Positions 37,312 through 51,552 of a stretch of DNA of 64,000 nt are shown piece by piece. Below the pieces are notes generated by a model. The model did not search any database, was not told the DNA's origin, and saw only the letters and a list, made by a program, of their open reading frames with translations. The position numbers were made by a program, and so were the translations under genes. This DNA comes from Lama glama (Eukaryota). The first letter of the stretch is position 1; every line of letters starts with the position of its first letter. Location of the stretch: contig CM052816.1 in the NCBI GenBank assembly GCA_028534125.1, forward strand, positions 66,900,001 through 66,964,000. Direction: 5' to 3'.

Positions 37312-39373
37312 CAAATTAATAATTTTTTGATCAATGACACATTATAATACTTTGCTTTAATAGTCTTCCCAAGTTATTTTCATAGCTCCTGGATTATATA
37401 TTTTCTTGTTCTTTTCATTCATATCCAAACCTGAATAGGAAGGAATTCCATGGAAATTTTCAATTCCTTAGGTAAACAATTACTGAAATCATTACAGTTC
37501 TGTTTGAAATCATCAGTCTTGCCTTAAACCTATTGCAAAACTATTGTGTGCAGCTCAATAAATGTTGATGATCTAAGTGGAGAAGTCAGGAACAAATCAA
37601 AGCCATAGATGTTTTACTATTAATGCTTAAATTTTATTCTATTTATAATATCCACAAAGCACATTATATTGCATTACAAATTGTCAGTAAGGGGATATTA
37701 ACTGCTATGAGAATATACAAATATAATAGCTCACCTAAAATTGACTGAATAAATACATGCTAGATTCTATATACACGTATATGTACTTTTATCTTCAGAA
37801 TATTTACCAACTTGAGCAAATTAAATCACAAACACCCTTATTTAAAGATGGCTAAACCCAGTTAGTGAGGTCAGGCTGCCAAAAGCAGTTATGAAGAAGA
37901 TAATTCCTAGGAAGGCCTCAGATAGATCATTAATTATGTTGCTACTGTGAATATTGACTGGATCACTAAAATTCTTTCAGAACCTGACAAATAATCCTCT
38001 CTATGGGCCATTTTCAATATTTTACTTGAAGAATGCCAAAATAATCTTTTATTCATTCTGTATGCAAGCTAGTGCTCCTTAAAGGATTCTGTTCTTCTCT
38101 TTGTAACTTTGAATCAATAGGAAAATAAAAGAAGAAATAAAAACTACAGCAAAGGAAAACTGTAAAATTAGGCTGTATACTATATCAGCACTTTTAATTT
38201 TGATTTTCCTATTTTTTTTAATGTGATGATCTCTATTCTTATGGAGAAGATGCCTGACTAAGAAAAAAGAGAAAGGGAAGAAGCTGGGAGAAAGAGAGAG
38301 CTCCTTCGTAGTTTCCAGAAGCAGCAGGGAATCAAGGTGCAGAATCCCAGATTTCCCCGGAGAACTTTGGAAAATTACGGAGACTGGTACACATACTCAC
38401 ACCCCAGAACATTCTGGCCCTGATTCCTCTATCCTGAGCAAAAGCAAATTAACTGCTACTGAGGCAAGAGGGAGAGATGCTGGAAAGAAATTCAGATTAA
38501 TGGTCACCATATTCCTCACTGATGGCACAAGGTAATATGTTGTCAAGTAATTAAATGATACATTTCATTAGGATCATATTTTGTTATTTCTTCAATAAGT
38601 AAACATTTTATTTTAAATATTGACAAGGTTAGGTTTGGAAAACCTATATAGCTTAATAGAGTCCTATAAAGTTTGAGGTATCTGCATAAAAATACAATAA
38701 AAGGACATAGTAGGCCATCAGTGAATATTTTTGATTTCATGATTGGAATAAGGTCCAATTGCACCAGCTGAGTGTCAGGCATACTCTGAAAACCATCACC
38801 TACCCAAAGAAGAGTATTTGGCCAGCTACAGTAAATAGTGTTAATGACCCCAGTGACCCATGCTTGACTGCAAGCCAAAGGTTAGTACATTTCCCTCCCA
38901 AGCTACTCTGATCCAACTTTTAATTATGGTAATAGTGTTATTTATAACATGCCACCACCAAATGACCTTGGGGCTTGGGCAGGGTTAAGAACAACCCTAA
39001 ATAAGGACAATGGGCAGTAGAAATGACATCCAGCCTGAGAAGATTCCAAGCAGTTACTGTGACAAAAGTGCAACAGACAGAGTAAACTAGTTATTTACAA
39101 ACTGAAATTTGTGAAAGTTGGCGTCTTCAAATGGTGATATGTCCAAAGTAAAAGAATGAGCAGGTGTACAATTTAAGTTTCATAAAAAGACTTCACAGCA
39201 ATTACTGTAAGTAAAATGAAAGGATTCTTCAAAATAAGAAAATACTTTGAAGTATGTATTTATTTGATCCAGGATCATGCTGGAAGAAGCTTTTTTAATA
39301 AACAGGCCAGCATCTGTGAGTGTTGTAAGTTTCAGGAACCGAAGCACATAAAAATCATAGGCACAGTGCAATC

Positions 39374-39401
39374 ATGATGATGATGATGATGATGATGATG
39401 A
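39374..39401. repeat. (GAT)n trinucleotide repeat at the tail of an antisense MIR (about 39410-39570)
   Basis: Seen directly; followed by ctatatgccagatac...attatctcaattaattcttataacccc. Confidence 0.9.
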
Positions 39402-41513
39402 CACAGATAACAGTTACTGAATCTAACTATATGCCAGATACTTTAAATGTCTTATATACATTATCTCAATTAATTCTTATAACCCCATAAGGAGAAATAG
39501 GCTATTATTATCCCTGTGTTATTGGTGACAATACCTAGGCCTAAAGGGATTAAGTAGATTGCCCATAGTTAGTTTCCACTGAAACCTATACTCAAATGCA
39601 GACCTGTTTCTTTGTCTAACCAGCACAAAAGATGTCAGTAATTATCTTCCCTTTGGTGATCACTGTGAATTAGAGAACAAGTTCACATCCTTGGTGTTAA
39701 CTTAGAATATGGCAATCTCTCTTTCTCAATCAAGAGTATGTACTAAGTCCCAGGGAACCCAGAGCACTGTGTTAGGCAGGAGAGAATGACAATGGTAATA
39801 CAAGACGTGGGTCTGCTGCTCTTCAAGTGCTCACTATACAGTCAGAAAAAGGACTAAGGGCCAGCATAAATACAAATGACAGAAACTGGAAAATGATGTT
39901 AAAAATACCAAGAAGAATAAAGGAGACACTAACAAGAATAAAGAAACAAGATACTAGAATCATCAGGGGGACTAAAATCAAAGAAGACTAATAAAGATCT
40001 CTTCTTTATAAAATAGCCTTTGTTTCCTCTTGATTCTTTCTTTAATTCTTTTGAAATTCCTACCTCTGCATGAGGCCTTGGTGCTTATCCCTGGATCTCT
40101 AGATACAAAATCTTTCCATCATGAAGTCACAAGGACAGTCTGATGAGAGGAAGAAAGAAGGAGTTGTGTTATTGTTGCTGATATACTTTTCTATGCCTTT
40201 CACCCTCCACTCACCTTTTGTGAAGGGGCTCCTATCAGAACTTACTACTCATTTTGGTACTTATCCTTCTCCTTTGTTGTGATTCCAATATCACAGAATA
40301 GTCAACAATGTTATGCAACCAAAACTCTTGCCTTAATTTCACCATAGGATATGGACTTGGATGTGATTTTGTTTAGGCTGTTTCTGTTGGAACTTACTGT
40401 CTCCATTACAAGGGAAGAAATCTGTTTATTCCTCCCACCTCATTTCTCTCTTCATCAGGTATCAGTAAAATCCCTAAACTGCAGTCATTCACTTAAACAA
40501 TTGACTATGGAATAACCCCTCATAACCCCTACACTACTTTTTATTACCTAATTTCTATTGAAACTGGTTTTATTTATACTGATAGGGCTAAAAACTGTTA
40601 CAACAATGACTGAAATGCTCCATATGTATTTTATAGTCAAAAGGCCACCCCAAATCTAGAAACTTATTATTCGATTGGTAATGGTTGAGGTCAAATGTTT
40701 TATAAACAGATGCGGGCTTTATATCTAAGAAGACTAATTGGACCCATAATTTCCAGGATTCATTTGTATGACTTCTCAGAACAAAATAGGAAAGCATTAC
40801 CACATGTCTATCTCAAAAGAAAAACAAAAAAATCAATGCTACCTTTTGATAAAAATTCACATTATTTATTATGCAATAGTTAAGATCAAGGTGTATCTAC
40901 AGATATGGCCATTTAAGTAAACACCCTAAGCAATCAACTTAAACTTCATGGCAAAGTACTCATAATGCTCGGTTTGTGCCAAGATGGCAAGGTCAAGGAG
41001 TTTATGGAAGTGCTGTAATGCTGATGTGATTTACTTAATAAAGATGAAACCTGTCATTATCTAGGGATGTGTTGTGCTGTGGGTGTGGGGAGGGAAGAGC
41101 AGAATGGCCTGTTGCCTTGTCCTGGCAAGCAGAGTCAGCAGCAGTGTGTCTGTTTGTTGGACATCTTCATTGTGGGCTTGGCAGGGCCCAGTCACCTAGT
41201 GACAAATGCAAGACTCAGGCTGGATCCTGCCCAGAATTTGAGGCATCTTTGGGACCAGCTTGCCCTGACACTTTTCAAGCAATCTCAAAGGCTTGACCAT
41301 TGTCACTGAGCTGATCCTCCTTTGATGAATCTCAGCTCAGAGTTGAAATCCTGCTTCTGGTCTCCAAGGGGCCCAATAGAAATGCCAAAGTTCTGGCACA
41401 CTACAAGGAGAGGCAACTCTATGAAATTCAATGAAGACAGACTACAAATGCCATGATTTGAAAAAAAAAAGAAGGAAAAGATACCATTTTGACTAACAAC
41501 ATTCAAGACTAGG

Positions 41514-41853
41514 TATGATGGTCACAATTCTTGATACCCCTCACATTGAGAGATGGAATGTATCTCCCATTCTCTTGAATCTGAGATAGTTTGTGACAAA
41601 TCTGACTATCATTCAAGGAAGTCTAATTGAGTCACATGGAGAGACCATGTGTAGAAAGAGAGTTCTTAGCCATCCATATGTCCCTGCCACTCATCAGACA
41701 TGGGAGTGAGCCATTTACACATTCCAGGCTTAGTTGCCATCTTACTGCAGCAACATGAGAGGTTCCAAACAATACTAGCAGAAAAATAAAGCTGTCATTG
41801 TTTTAAACCACTGAGTTTGGGGATGACTTTTTACAGAGCAATAGATAACTAAA
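41514..41853 (+). mobile_element. MaLR LTR (MLT1H-like, internally deleted)
   Basis: tggtcacaattcttgatacccctcacattgagagatggaatgta...cacatggagagacc...ttgttttaaaccactgagtttggggatgac...gcaatagataact. Confidence 0.8.
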
Positions 41854-42001
41854 ATAGAGAAGAAGCGTCTGTGAAAAACATTTCTATTTTCCCTTCCATG
41901 GACATATGACCAAAATCATTAAAATGAACTGGTTCAACATCATAAATGACAAGGCCAAAGATAAAGAATTCATTGGTCCAATATTTCCTTTTTGTTTTGA
42001 C

Positions 42002-42053
42002 TTTGTTATTGTGAAAAATGGCATTTTCCCACATACTTTCTACTTTTTAAGAG
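42002..42053 (+). repeat. 52-bp direct repeat, copy 1
   Basis: tttgttattgtgaaaaatggcattttcccacatactttctactttttaagag; 51/52 identical to 43876-43927. Confidence 0.95.
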
Positions 42054-42493
42054 TCTGAAGAACCTGAAACTCTCAGTAGTAACCCCCCTTGTTGTTTGTT
42101 CTTCTTCTTACGTTGTACTTTATTAATCTTGACTTGAGTTTGCAAAAGGACAGTTTAGATTGAACTTTTTTAATAAGAAAAGCGGTTAATAGCTTTTAAT
42201 CCACTAGACTACTAGGGAGCAAAATAGCAATAAATTGGAAAATAAAACAAAAACACATTTTGGCTATGTCTCAAGAGCTGCACTTCCCTGAAGCAACATA
42301 ACCTTTTCTTCCAAAATATACTCTCTTGCCTTTGTGTACTGTGAAAAGTGAATTGCTTTTAGATTTTCACTAGAGGGGAAAATGCCATGTATATATGCAA
42401 TTTTCTTCTTGAGTGACCCTGAGTAAGATTATGTACTTGAAAGTTGGGCTAAGAACTTTCCTTGGTATATGATCAGACTCAAGAATCCTCTCT

Positions 42494-42682
42494 GAGTTTG
42501 CATAGATACAAACTACTATTTACAGAACAGACAAACAAGGACTCACTGCATAGCAGAGAGAACTATATTCAATATCTTGCAATAACCATAATGAAAAAGA
42601 ATATATATATATGAATCACTATACTGTACACCAGAAACTAACACAATATTGTAAATCAACTATACTTCAATTAAAAAAAAAA
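42494..42682 (+). mobile_element. Cetartiodactyl-type L1 3' end with poly(A)
   Basis: gatacaaactactat...aaacaaggactcactgcatagca...gaactatattcaatatcttg...acacaatattgtaaatcaactatacttcaatt then A tail; degenerate TSD aagaatcctctct / aggaattctcttt. Confidence 0.9.
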
Positions 42683-43875
42683 GGAATTCTCTTTGCTCCT
42701 TTTCTTCCTACAGACCTGGGCCTTGTACATGCCTCTGTTTCAAGCTTTGAGAGTTCCTAAATAAATTCTACATGTCTAATTTCCCTGACACAGATTTAAA
42801 TCTGTGGCCCATGTTCACTGTATAATTTAACTCATGTGTATTTTTTAACTTTAAATTCAGCATCCTCTTTCAGTAATTCACAAAACTTGAAAATGCATGT
42901 CAAAATTTTCAAAAAAACTTAATTGAAACCTAAAAACGTCTCTAAACATTTATGTAAGTATATATTCCTAGCACTTGTGATATAGGCATTGTTTTACCAT
43001 TGACTATTGATTGATTAAGAGAAAGCAGCACTCACAGTGCAATCACTAAGTAGAACTGTTGCTACTCTCCATTTCAGTAGATGGGAGTAGAAGTATTTTT
43101 GCTTATGTCCTCAGCTGCTATTTCTCCATTTTTTTCTGCCCAGCTGTATCCTTGGCATCATGTTTTCTAAAGACTCCCACCCCATAGAACAAGATGCTCT
43201 GGAATACCTGTGTGTCTTAACCTGGCATACTGCTTGGGTGGCTTCCACACAAGCTCTTCTAGCTGAGCTGGTCTTTTCCAGGGGGTTATGGGGTCCCCAG
43301 AAGAGAAGGTACATGGTAGTGCTGCTTCTTTTCTCTAATGAAACTCTCCTGCTAAACAAATTTCATACATGAGAAAACAGAAGCTCAGGGAAGTTTAGTT
43401 ATGTACCAAGGTCACTAATAAGTGATAGAATAGGGATTTAAATCCATGTCTCCTTGACTCTAAACCCTATTCTACAACATAAGTATTAGCCAGTCACGAA
43501 TGTATCACTCTCCCCATTCCAGGAGTTAGTCCGAAAATACCATAGTGTTTTGAGCAGCTGGAGCTACTGACTCCCCAAATACATATTTGGCCTCAACTAC
43601 ATATACCTTTTGGCTTAAGGCAATATAAATTGAGTCGCTCTCTCTTGAACCATGAGGATCCTGATTGATACAATAACATAATCATGATTACTGAAGCCCC
43701 AGGTAAATGAAAAATATACCCTTAATAAGACATTCAAAGCAGACATAGTGGATAATGGTTTCATAGGTAAATTGTAAGACTGCATAGCAGTTAGGACAGA
43801 AGAAGAGCCAAGACATTTTTGGAAACTCTTATTTTCAGTAACTTGGCAACCTCACAGCCTCCTGATAACATAAAT

Positions 43876-43927
43876 TTTGTTATTGTGAAAAATGGCATTT
43901 TCCCACATACTTTCTACCTTTTAAGAG
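43876..43927 (+). repeat. 52-bp direct repeat, copy 2
   Basis: tttgttattgtgaaaaatggcattttcccacatactttctaccttttaagag. Confidence 0.95.
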
Positions 43928-46900
43928 CTACATATATATTTCTCAAATAATTTTCTATAGGTATGAAAAAATCCTCCTAAATTTGAACTGCTTTTACTTA
44001 TTGCTTTTACCTTTATTGCTCTTATTTGTATAATGTGTTTTATGTAAAATTCATGTTTTAAAATTTTCCTCTTACTTGTCCACATTATATATATCCTCAC
44101 ATTGGAAAAATGGAAGCAGTATATATAGTTCAGAGTATCTGGGTTTCAGGGTCAGGCAACTAACATTTTGTTTCTTTCCTAAGGAATATCTGTTGTTTCT
44201 TTTTGTACCATCATATTTAGAAATTTAGCTTTTTCTTAAAAGTTAAGTCAGTTAGGCTTCGAGACATGTGTGAGCTCATAAAAGGGTCTGTACGTTACAA
44301 GTGAAGGAGGTCAGATTTCAAAGTCTGCTCATAATTTGGTGATGGGCAAGAATGATGACTTGGACTCAGTTCAATGTTGCTTTTACTCTTGTTTACTTCA
44401 AAAGTGGTTAATAACGAGTGCAAAGAATTGACAGAGGACAAAGATGTAAGTGAGTAGGCATGAGCCCCACTGCTTTCTTTATGTTTCTCATGGGAGCATA
44501 TCCAATGCTGGTGTTCTTGACAGCCTGGAGGGAGGCTGTCCTTAAAGTCAGAGGAGTATAGCACTGCTCTTGTTTATTTCCTGGGCATATCAACATTCAG
44601 AAATAACTTAAAAGGCATTAGATGTACTACCTAGCATGCTACCCAGGCTGCATACCCAGGCTCCAAGGCTTGAAATGTTTGCCACACCAGCAACAGCCAA
44701 TCTCCCTTTACCTGCACCTACAGCTTAGAACCAGCAATGCTTTATTTATGTTCACCAAAGGACTTTTTAATGGGCAAGTCTGGTCAAGGCCTTCCATCAC
44801 AAATAAGCAGTTATTTCTGCTTCTTCAGATATGGATTATCAAGAAAAAGCAGTAAAAATGTATTAATATAAGGTAGAGCATATCAATTTTCTGTCAAATA
44901 TTCTGCATTTTGCATTGTGCCTCATTTCTTTAACTACGTGGGTATGAAGGCAAATCTAAGATTTGACTCCAGGATTCATCAAATACAACAGTAGATATTA
45001 CTCTATGTTCTCCTTTATTTGACTGAAACACTGCTGTTTCTTTAAATACCAGGTGAAATTGCTTTTTGTCCATAAAAAGATGGAAGGACACATTCTTGTG
45101 TCTGCTGCTCAAGAAAGTTTAGTGGTCATGTTTTTAGTAGTAACCACAAAACCTGGACCACAACCCAAAAGATGAAAATGTTTAAGAAGCATTACTTTAG
45201 ATTTACATTATATTCCAAACAGAAGGCTCATTTGTCTGGCTTATGGTCAAGGCTTGGGTATTGAGTCCCCAACCAGGGGAATTTTGCCAAAGAGTAGGAT
45301 TTGGGACTCATAAATCGAGTGGAGCTAACCTACTTAGACTGAAATTCTATCTCTCAGGGCTGAGGGGTTTTGAATAGGCTAATCCAACAAAGCAATTTTC
45401 ATAAATATCAGTGGTTTCACTTCAATGTACAGATCTTTATGTGAGTTTGAAGCACTGCCAAATTGTATGTCAATGAAACTGGTTACTAAAACCTGAAATA
45501 TAAAAGTTTTGATCAAATATGATTTAAAGAGTTCATGGAATAAAGAGAAATTTGACGTTTGGTTAGATTTTTGAGATGTCCTAAAATATATATATAATTA
45601 TGTCTCAATCACCCAATACAGAATCTAGCCCAAAGAACGTAATGGAATATAAACACATTTCTAAAACTGTTCATCTGCATACTTGTAATCTGATGGACAT
45701 TTTGACTGATAATGAACATAAATTCTGCCTTGCGAATGAGAACAGTGTAACCAGCTCTAGTTTGAATAAGGGAGGTGTATGATCTCCTGGGCTTATGGCA
45801 AAAATGGTGGTGAGGTGATGTACTGTGATTATGATAGGTGATAAAAATAACCCCTAGTTTACTCTACGATCTAAAACAAATCAGAAAGTTGACCTAATGA
45901 AAAGAAGTTAATTGGTCTACTGAAAAAATCATTATGCCTACAGGTGTTGAACTCTATGTGGGAATAGGGAATACAATATATTAGTTACTGCCAAATATTT
46001 CTGTCCTTGGATTGGCTCTGGAGTAAACAAATACAGGAGTAAACAAAATTATAGCTATGTGATCTTCAGAAATTATCCTCTGTCAGCTTGTATGTCTTCT
46101 TAGACATATAAAATGAGCATAGAAATCTGTGGGTTTCTGATAAGGCATTCATTACATAAAATATTAAAAGCTGAGATCTGTGCCTGGTCTATTAGAGGTG
46201 TTCATTACATAGAAGTGGTTGCTATTTTTCTTAGTGTTTTATTTTAACCTTGCACATTCAAGATAATACAAAGAAACAGAAGATTGGTAAACAGTGTTCA
46301 GGTCAACATATTTTTATAATTTTATCCCAATCTTGAAAAAATAATGTTCAGTGATTCTATGTAGAACATGCAGGAACTTATAAATTTAAATTCAGTCATC
46401 CCCACCCAGGCATCCAACCGCATAGGTCCTGCACACTTATTCTAAAAATGCTGCCCTTACAGGTTCCTACAGCTCCCTGGACCTTGGAAAATTTCCTATT
46501 TATCACTTCTGTATTCAAGCATTCCTCCCAGATCAGTTGCTCTCATCAAAACAAAAGCAGTTTCATTGGGCTTTCTGCCAAATGTTTGAGCAGGTAGGAC
46601 TTCCTTTTCTAGTGTGAGAACCACAGGTGAGCAAGTCAAGCTGCAGTTCACAGCCCTCATGATGGCTCTGGATTTTCCACTGCAAACATCCTTTTTCCTG
46701 TAATTATCAATGAGGATATCACTAGGCTTCATCTCAGTTTCAGGGCTCAAAATAAAATCTTTAGCTGTCTAAATCATGCTGGGGACAACTTAGTAGAAAA
46801 CATAATTAAAATACAGTGTAAATGCAGTATTTTAAAGTGACACAAACTTAAAGGAATACTACATAGTCTGGGCTGGAAGCTAGAATCTTTTATGATAATA

Positions 46901-47438
46901 AAATAATTCTTGAGGCTAAGTTATTTTCTATGTGTAAGTTTCTCTGTTCCACACCAATGGTTATCTGTGCATGAAATATAACAAACTGTCTAGTGGAGTC
47001 TGATTATTGGTGTTCAAATCCTGCATCACTGAATGCTATACATGAAATAGCTAAGACAGTTCTTTCCAAATCTGATTTATCATCTATAAAATCAAAGATA
47101 TTTTAAAAAAGATATTAACAGTACTGACCCTTAGGATTATCAAAGGCATTTAAATGAAATGATATATACAGAGTATTTGGCATAGTTACTAGGCATCAGG
47201 AGACATAGGAATTACTTAAGAATTTCTTAATAATGCTATTATTATTGGAACAATAATCTAATAAATAATACCTCAGTACATGAAATAAGTACTACAATGT
47301 TCAAAGAGCCATGCAAACTTAGCCAAGGTAAGTTGAAGACTATAAGGATGTGTGGACAGAAGCTGTCACTTAACACAGAAATTTCAGAAAGGTGCTGGGG
47401 ACATGGGACAATCACACAGACCAAACTATAAACCCCAC

Positions 47439-47776
47439 TGTGTTAGTGGCCTTGGGCTGCTATCATAGGATACTACAGACTGGATGGCTTAAACAACAGA
47501 CATTTACTTCTCATAGTCCTGGAGGTTGGGAGGTCCAAGATCAAGGTGCTGGCAAATGTGGTTTTTGGCAAGGGCCTCATTCTCACTGTGTCTTCACATG
47601 GCAGAGAGCAAGTGAGCTCTGGTCTCTCTTGTGCGAGCACAGATTCCATCATGAAGTCTGAGCCCTCATGATATTTAACCCTAATAACCTCCCAAAGGCC
47701 CCACCTCCAAACGCCACTATGTTGCGGGTTAGGGCTTCAACATATGAATTTTAGAGGAACACACTGAGCTCATACA
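47439..47776 (-). mobile_element. MaLR LTR (MLT1A/MST-like)
   Basis: tgtgttag...gggctgctatcata...acagactggatggcttaaacaacagacattta...cccaaaggccccacctccaaa...gggttagggcttcaacatatgaatttt. Confidence 0.9.
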
Positions 47777-48289
47777 ACTGCTAAAAAGTAAATTTTCCCT
47801 GATTTTTTTCTATAGCAGCCGTTGGGCAGCAGTAGAGTGAAATAAGCAAGCTATCATTTCCTTGAAAAGCTAAGTACAAGGGGTTTATGCAAATAAAATA
47901 AAGGTAGATATGAAGACAAAAAAACCAACATTGAAAAAGGGAGAGGAAAAATACAAGTTAGGAGAGATAGGTCTGCCTATTAAGTAACAGTAGGCTTCAA
48001 AGTGACTTGCTAGCTAAAAGGTTAGACTTGAAGAATCCTTTCAAACAGCACCCCCACAGAATGCCTTTTATCCATCAAATGGAGTATCTGAATACTTTGT
48101 TCATTACCTTAGTATCATATTATTATATTTGTAAATATACATTTATAACAACCAAATTAAATACAATGTATTTGAGTCTGGTAGATTCTAGAAAGATTGG
48201 CTTTTCTCTTTCCATCAAATCTGATCTGCTTGAAATTCTCTCATATCCGGATTCTTCTATTAAGACTAAGGGTTTAAGCACTTTTAAAA

Positions 48290-48490
48290 GTACCTGTGTT
48301 CTGACAAAGAATTTTAGTAAGAGATATGCCTAAACCTTGGTTCTGCTACCTATTAGCCCTGTGACTGGGGATAGTACACTGAATTGTTTATGCTTTGATT
48401 AACTCATCTGCATAATGAGGTTATCAATATCCACTTCAAAGGACTGTGAGAATTTCTCAGAGTCTATGAATATAAAGCCATTTGCAAACT
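48290..48490 (+). mobile_element. MIR SINE
   Basis: ccttggttctgctacctattagccctgtgactgggg...ctcatctgcataatgagg...ttcaaaggactgtgagaat. Confidence 0.65.
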
Positions 48491-51460
48491 CTGAAGGTGC
48501 ACTGGTTACTAAGTGCCAATGCCCATGGAATAGTGATAACTTACACGGTTTCCATTCTCTTATGCAGAAGCATTATACATGGCAGATTCATCCATCAATG
48601 TAGGTTTTGACTGAACTTGCCAACTTGAGGGGAGAGTAGGAAGCATTAAGAAGGAGGATGTTAACAAGGGGGAAACAGGAACAAAAGATCCCAACATGAA
48701 AACCAGTTTCACTAGTTCAAGGTTGTGTGCAGGTAAAGTATGATTTGCTCATACATAAACCTGAAGGACACAGGTTGGTGAATGGAGATAATTTCATATA
48801 CATTCTCTATATTATGGCTATGTTTTTTATTGAAGGTTTTAAGGCAAGTTCTCAGTGGGAATGGATTCTTTTGATAGGTAGATAAAAAGAAAGAACACAG
48901 AGGAAAATTAGACTTGGTTGAAGCTGAGAGGGGTCATGATGCCATTAGATTTGGAAGGGGATAGAGCTCCCACTAGGGTAAAGTTTTCAAAGTGTATGGC
49001 CACCTACCTTTAAATCACTAAATACATCAGAGGAAATCCATGGATTGTCTCCATTTCTACTTATCATGAACTCAAGCCAGGTCTATTTTAGACTCTTTCA
49101 GAAATCTTAAAAAATAACATGGTCCAATGTGAATTTTTGTATTAGCCTCCCCTAGAACCTTAAAACATAATTGATATATTGAAATTCATATGAGGTTTAT
49201 CAGCATTGGATTGACTTTGAGTGATTTATTAATTTTATTATTCTAATATAGCAATTAATTTATTTTTAAAAACATACTCATTGAATTAGTAATAAGTAGA
49301 GGCTTCTGTAGTCTGGAATACAATTATTAAAGTCACTTTGCGTCATGATAAAATTAAGCAAATCTCACTAGTCATGGAATTTTTCTTTATTTTCCATTTG
49401 CTTTGAAAAATTTAAGCTACAGAACTAGGTTATTCTTGCATACCATCCTGGACCAGACAGCATTAGCTCTCCTGTGTATACATTTTCATCAGTTAAGAGG
49501 CTTGATTGGAGTAATTGAGATTGAAAAACCTATGAAATTACATCAAGTATTTATAACCCATATGATATATATCACAAAAAGAGGTAAGAGGTGGAAAATG
49601 AGGAGATAATGGAGATAGTAGAATAAATTTCAGGAATTTTAGGAATTTCCAAAATAATTATCCATAATAGTGGGCAGTGATACAAAGTACCATTCCCATT
49701 CATCCAAGGAAGTTGATAATACATATCCTATAATCTTATATATAGTAGCAGTCCACTTAAGATTCCAATGTATCATCACAGCATTTACTAAGAATCCTTC
49801 TGGCACAATCCAGGGCACTTAAGAGAGTGGAACACAGGTTCTCAAAATAGGCATGTTGCTAGTTGAAAATACATACCAATGGAAAGTGTTCATGATCAAG
49901 CACATCATAGATGGATAGGTAGTTGGGAGTTAAATTAAAGGACATGATTTTTTTAATTATCCAAAACCTTCTTTGAATGAACTTGCACTAAAATTTATAG
50001 TAAGAAAAATCTGAATGTTCTTCCAGGGAAGCTGAATGCATAGGGGAATTCCCAGCCACAAAATTGCAGCATATAGAGGGAACATTGTTCTTTGGAAGTA
50101 CCTGACAATTATTCCAACCAAAGCAAAGATATTAGGATGGAATGAGCAATTCTCTCTCTTCTGATGCTAAGTATTTAAGACTGCAGCAAAGAACTGAAAA
50201 GAGGAATTCGAGAAGGAGAAAAGTTTCTAGCCCTTGGAACGTGGAATATTAAGGAGCTTAATGTTAGTGATTATCAACTTACACACAGAAGAGATTATTA
50301 AAGCCTGGCGAGGTGAGTTGAATATGGCAATAAATACCTCCATCACCTCCAAAAGTTTTCTCCCATCTTTAAAGAAAGTTACTTTATCATTTTTCTAATT
50401 AGAAGCTATTTTTAAAATTTCCATTAAACATTAAAACATACCCCATCTTTGACCTTATTTTAATGTCATACCAATGGAAAGGATATTTTGATTTTAGATC
50501 AATGCCAGAATAGTCCATGAAATAAAAGATAGATTTTAATAATCTCGTATTACCCTAATATAGTTGAAAGTCATTGTAACTAGATAGACCTTTGACTCTG
50601 TGTTTTAAGTATTCCATACCCACTCTCTTCTTAGATCTTAAATCCTATTCAAGTTACTCTGCATTAACACAGTTATAATCTATATGCCAGATTTCATTAC
50701 AGCTTTAAAGATAGCAGTGCGGGCATAGTGTAAATTCAAGGACACTAGAGAGAATTTCTCCACTGGTTATATAAACAAGTATTAAGAGAGATTATTTGAT
50801 TTCTTCTATAATAAATTTAGTACGTTTATGTTAATTTTTCTTATAAATACTTAAATGTCTGCATAACTTAAATAAATTTAACTTCATCACACACAAACTG
50901 CCAAGCCAGTATTTGATACCATATTAACAAACATTCTGATTTTCACTGATTTTAACCAAGCCGCTTGCTTTCTTTACTAACTTTACCCAATCCTGTTGAT
51001 CTGTTCCCCTGAGAAGAAGGAATCAACAAGGTTAAGGACTTTTTCCTAATGTGTTTCTAATGGTTCTGGTTACAGAAGAGAGTAGAACTGGCTAAAATCT
51101 TGAGGATATTTCCAGGAGCCCAAATTCATCCTCTGAGGTGTGGTTCAATTCTTCTTTGCTTTGTCACTGCATACCTAGGGTGGATTTAATCCCTAGATGA
51201 TGACACAATATCAGCTCCCTGAGCACTTGTTCTATATACCCTGTTGGGTCAGTAAAATCTCCAAGACCTCATTCCCTGGGTCAGCATCTAGGGCTTTGTT
51301 TGCTGTCATGTCTACACACTGCCCTAAAGGTGAGACAGCATACACCCTTCCGAGAAAAATAAAAATTCAAATGTAAACAAAAAGATGTCAATTACGCTGT
51401 TCTTGGAAGCTACTGCCAAGTCCACCTTGCTTTCTGTTGCTCATATGGAATAGGGTCTAG

Positions 51461-51503
51461 ACTAGTGAAGGTTCTCCAGAGAAACAAAATCAATAGGAGA
51501 TGG

Positions 51504-51539
<36 letters not shown>

Positions 51540-51552
51540 CTATATCCTACTG
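51461..51552. mobile_element. MLT2-like LTR end fragment with expanded (GT)n
   Basis: ggttctccagagaaacaaaatcaatagga followed by a (GT)n run at 51506-51537. Confidence 0.6.
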
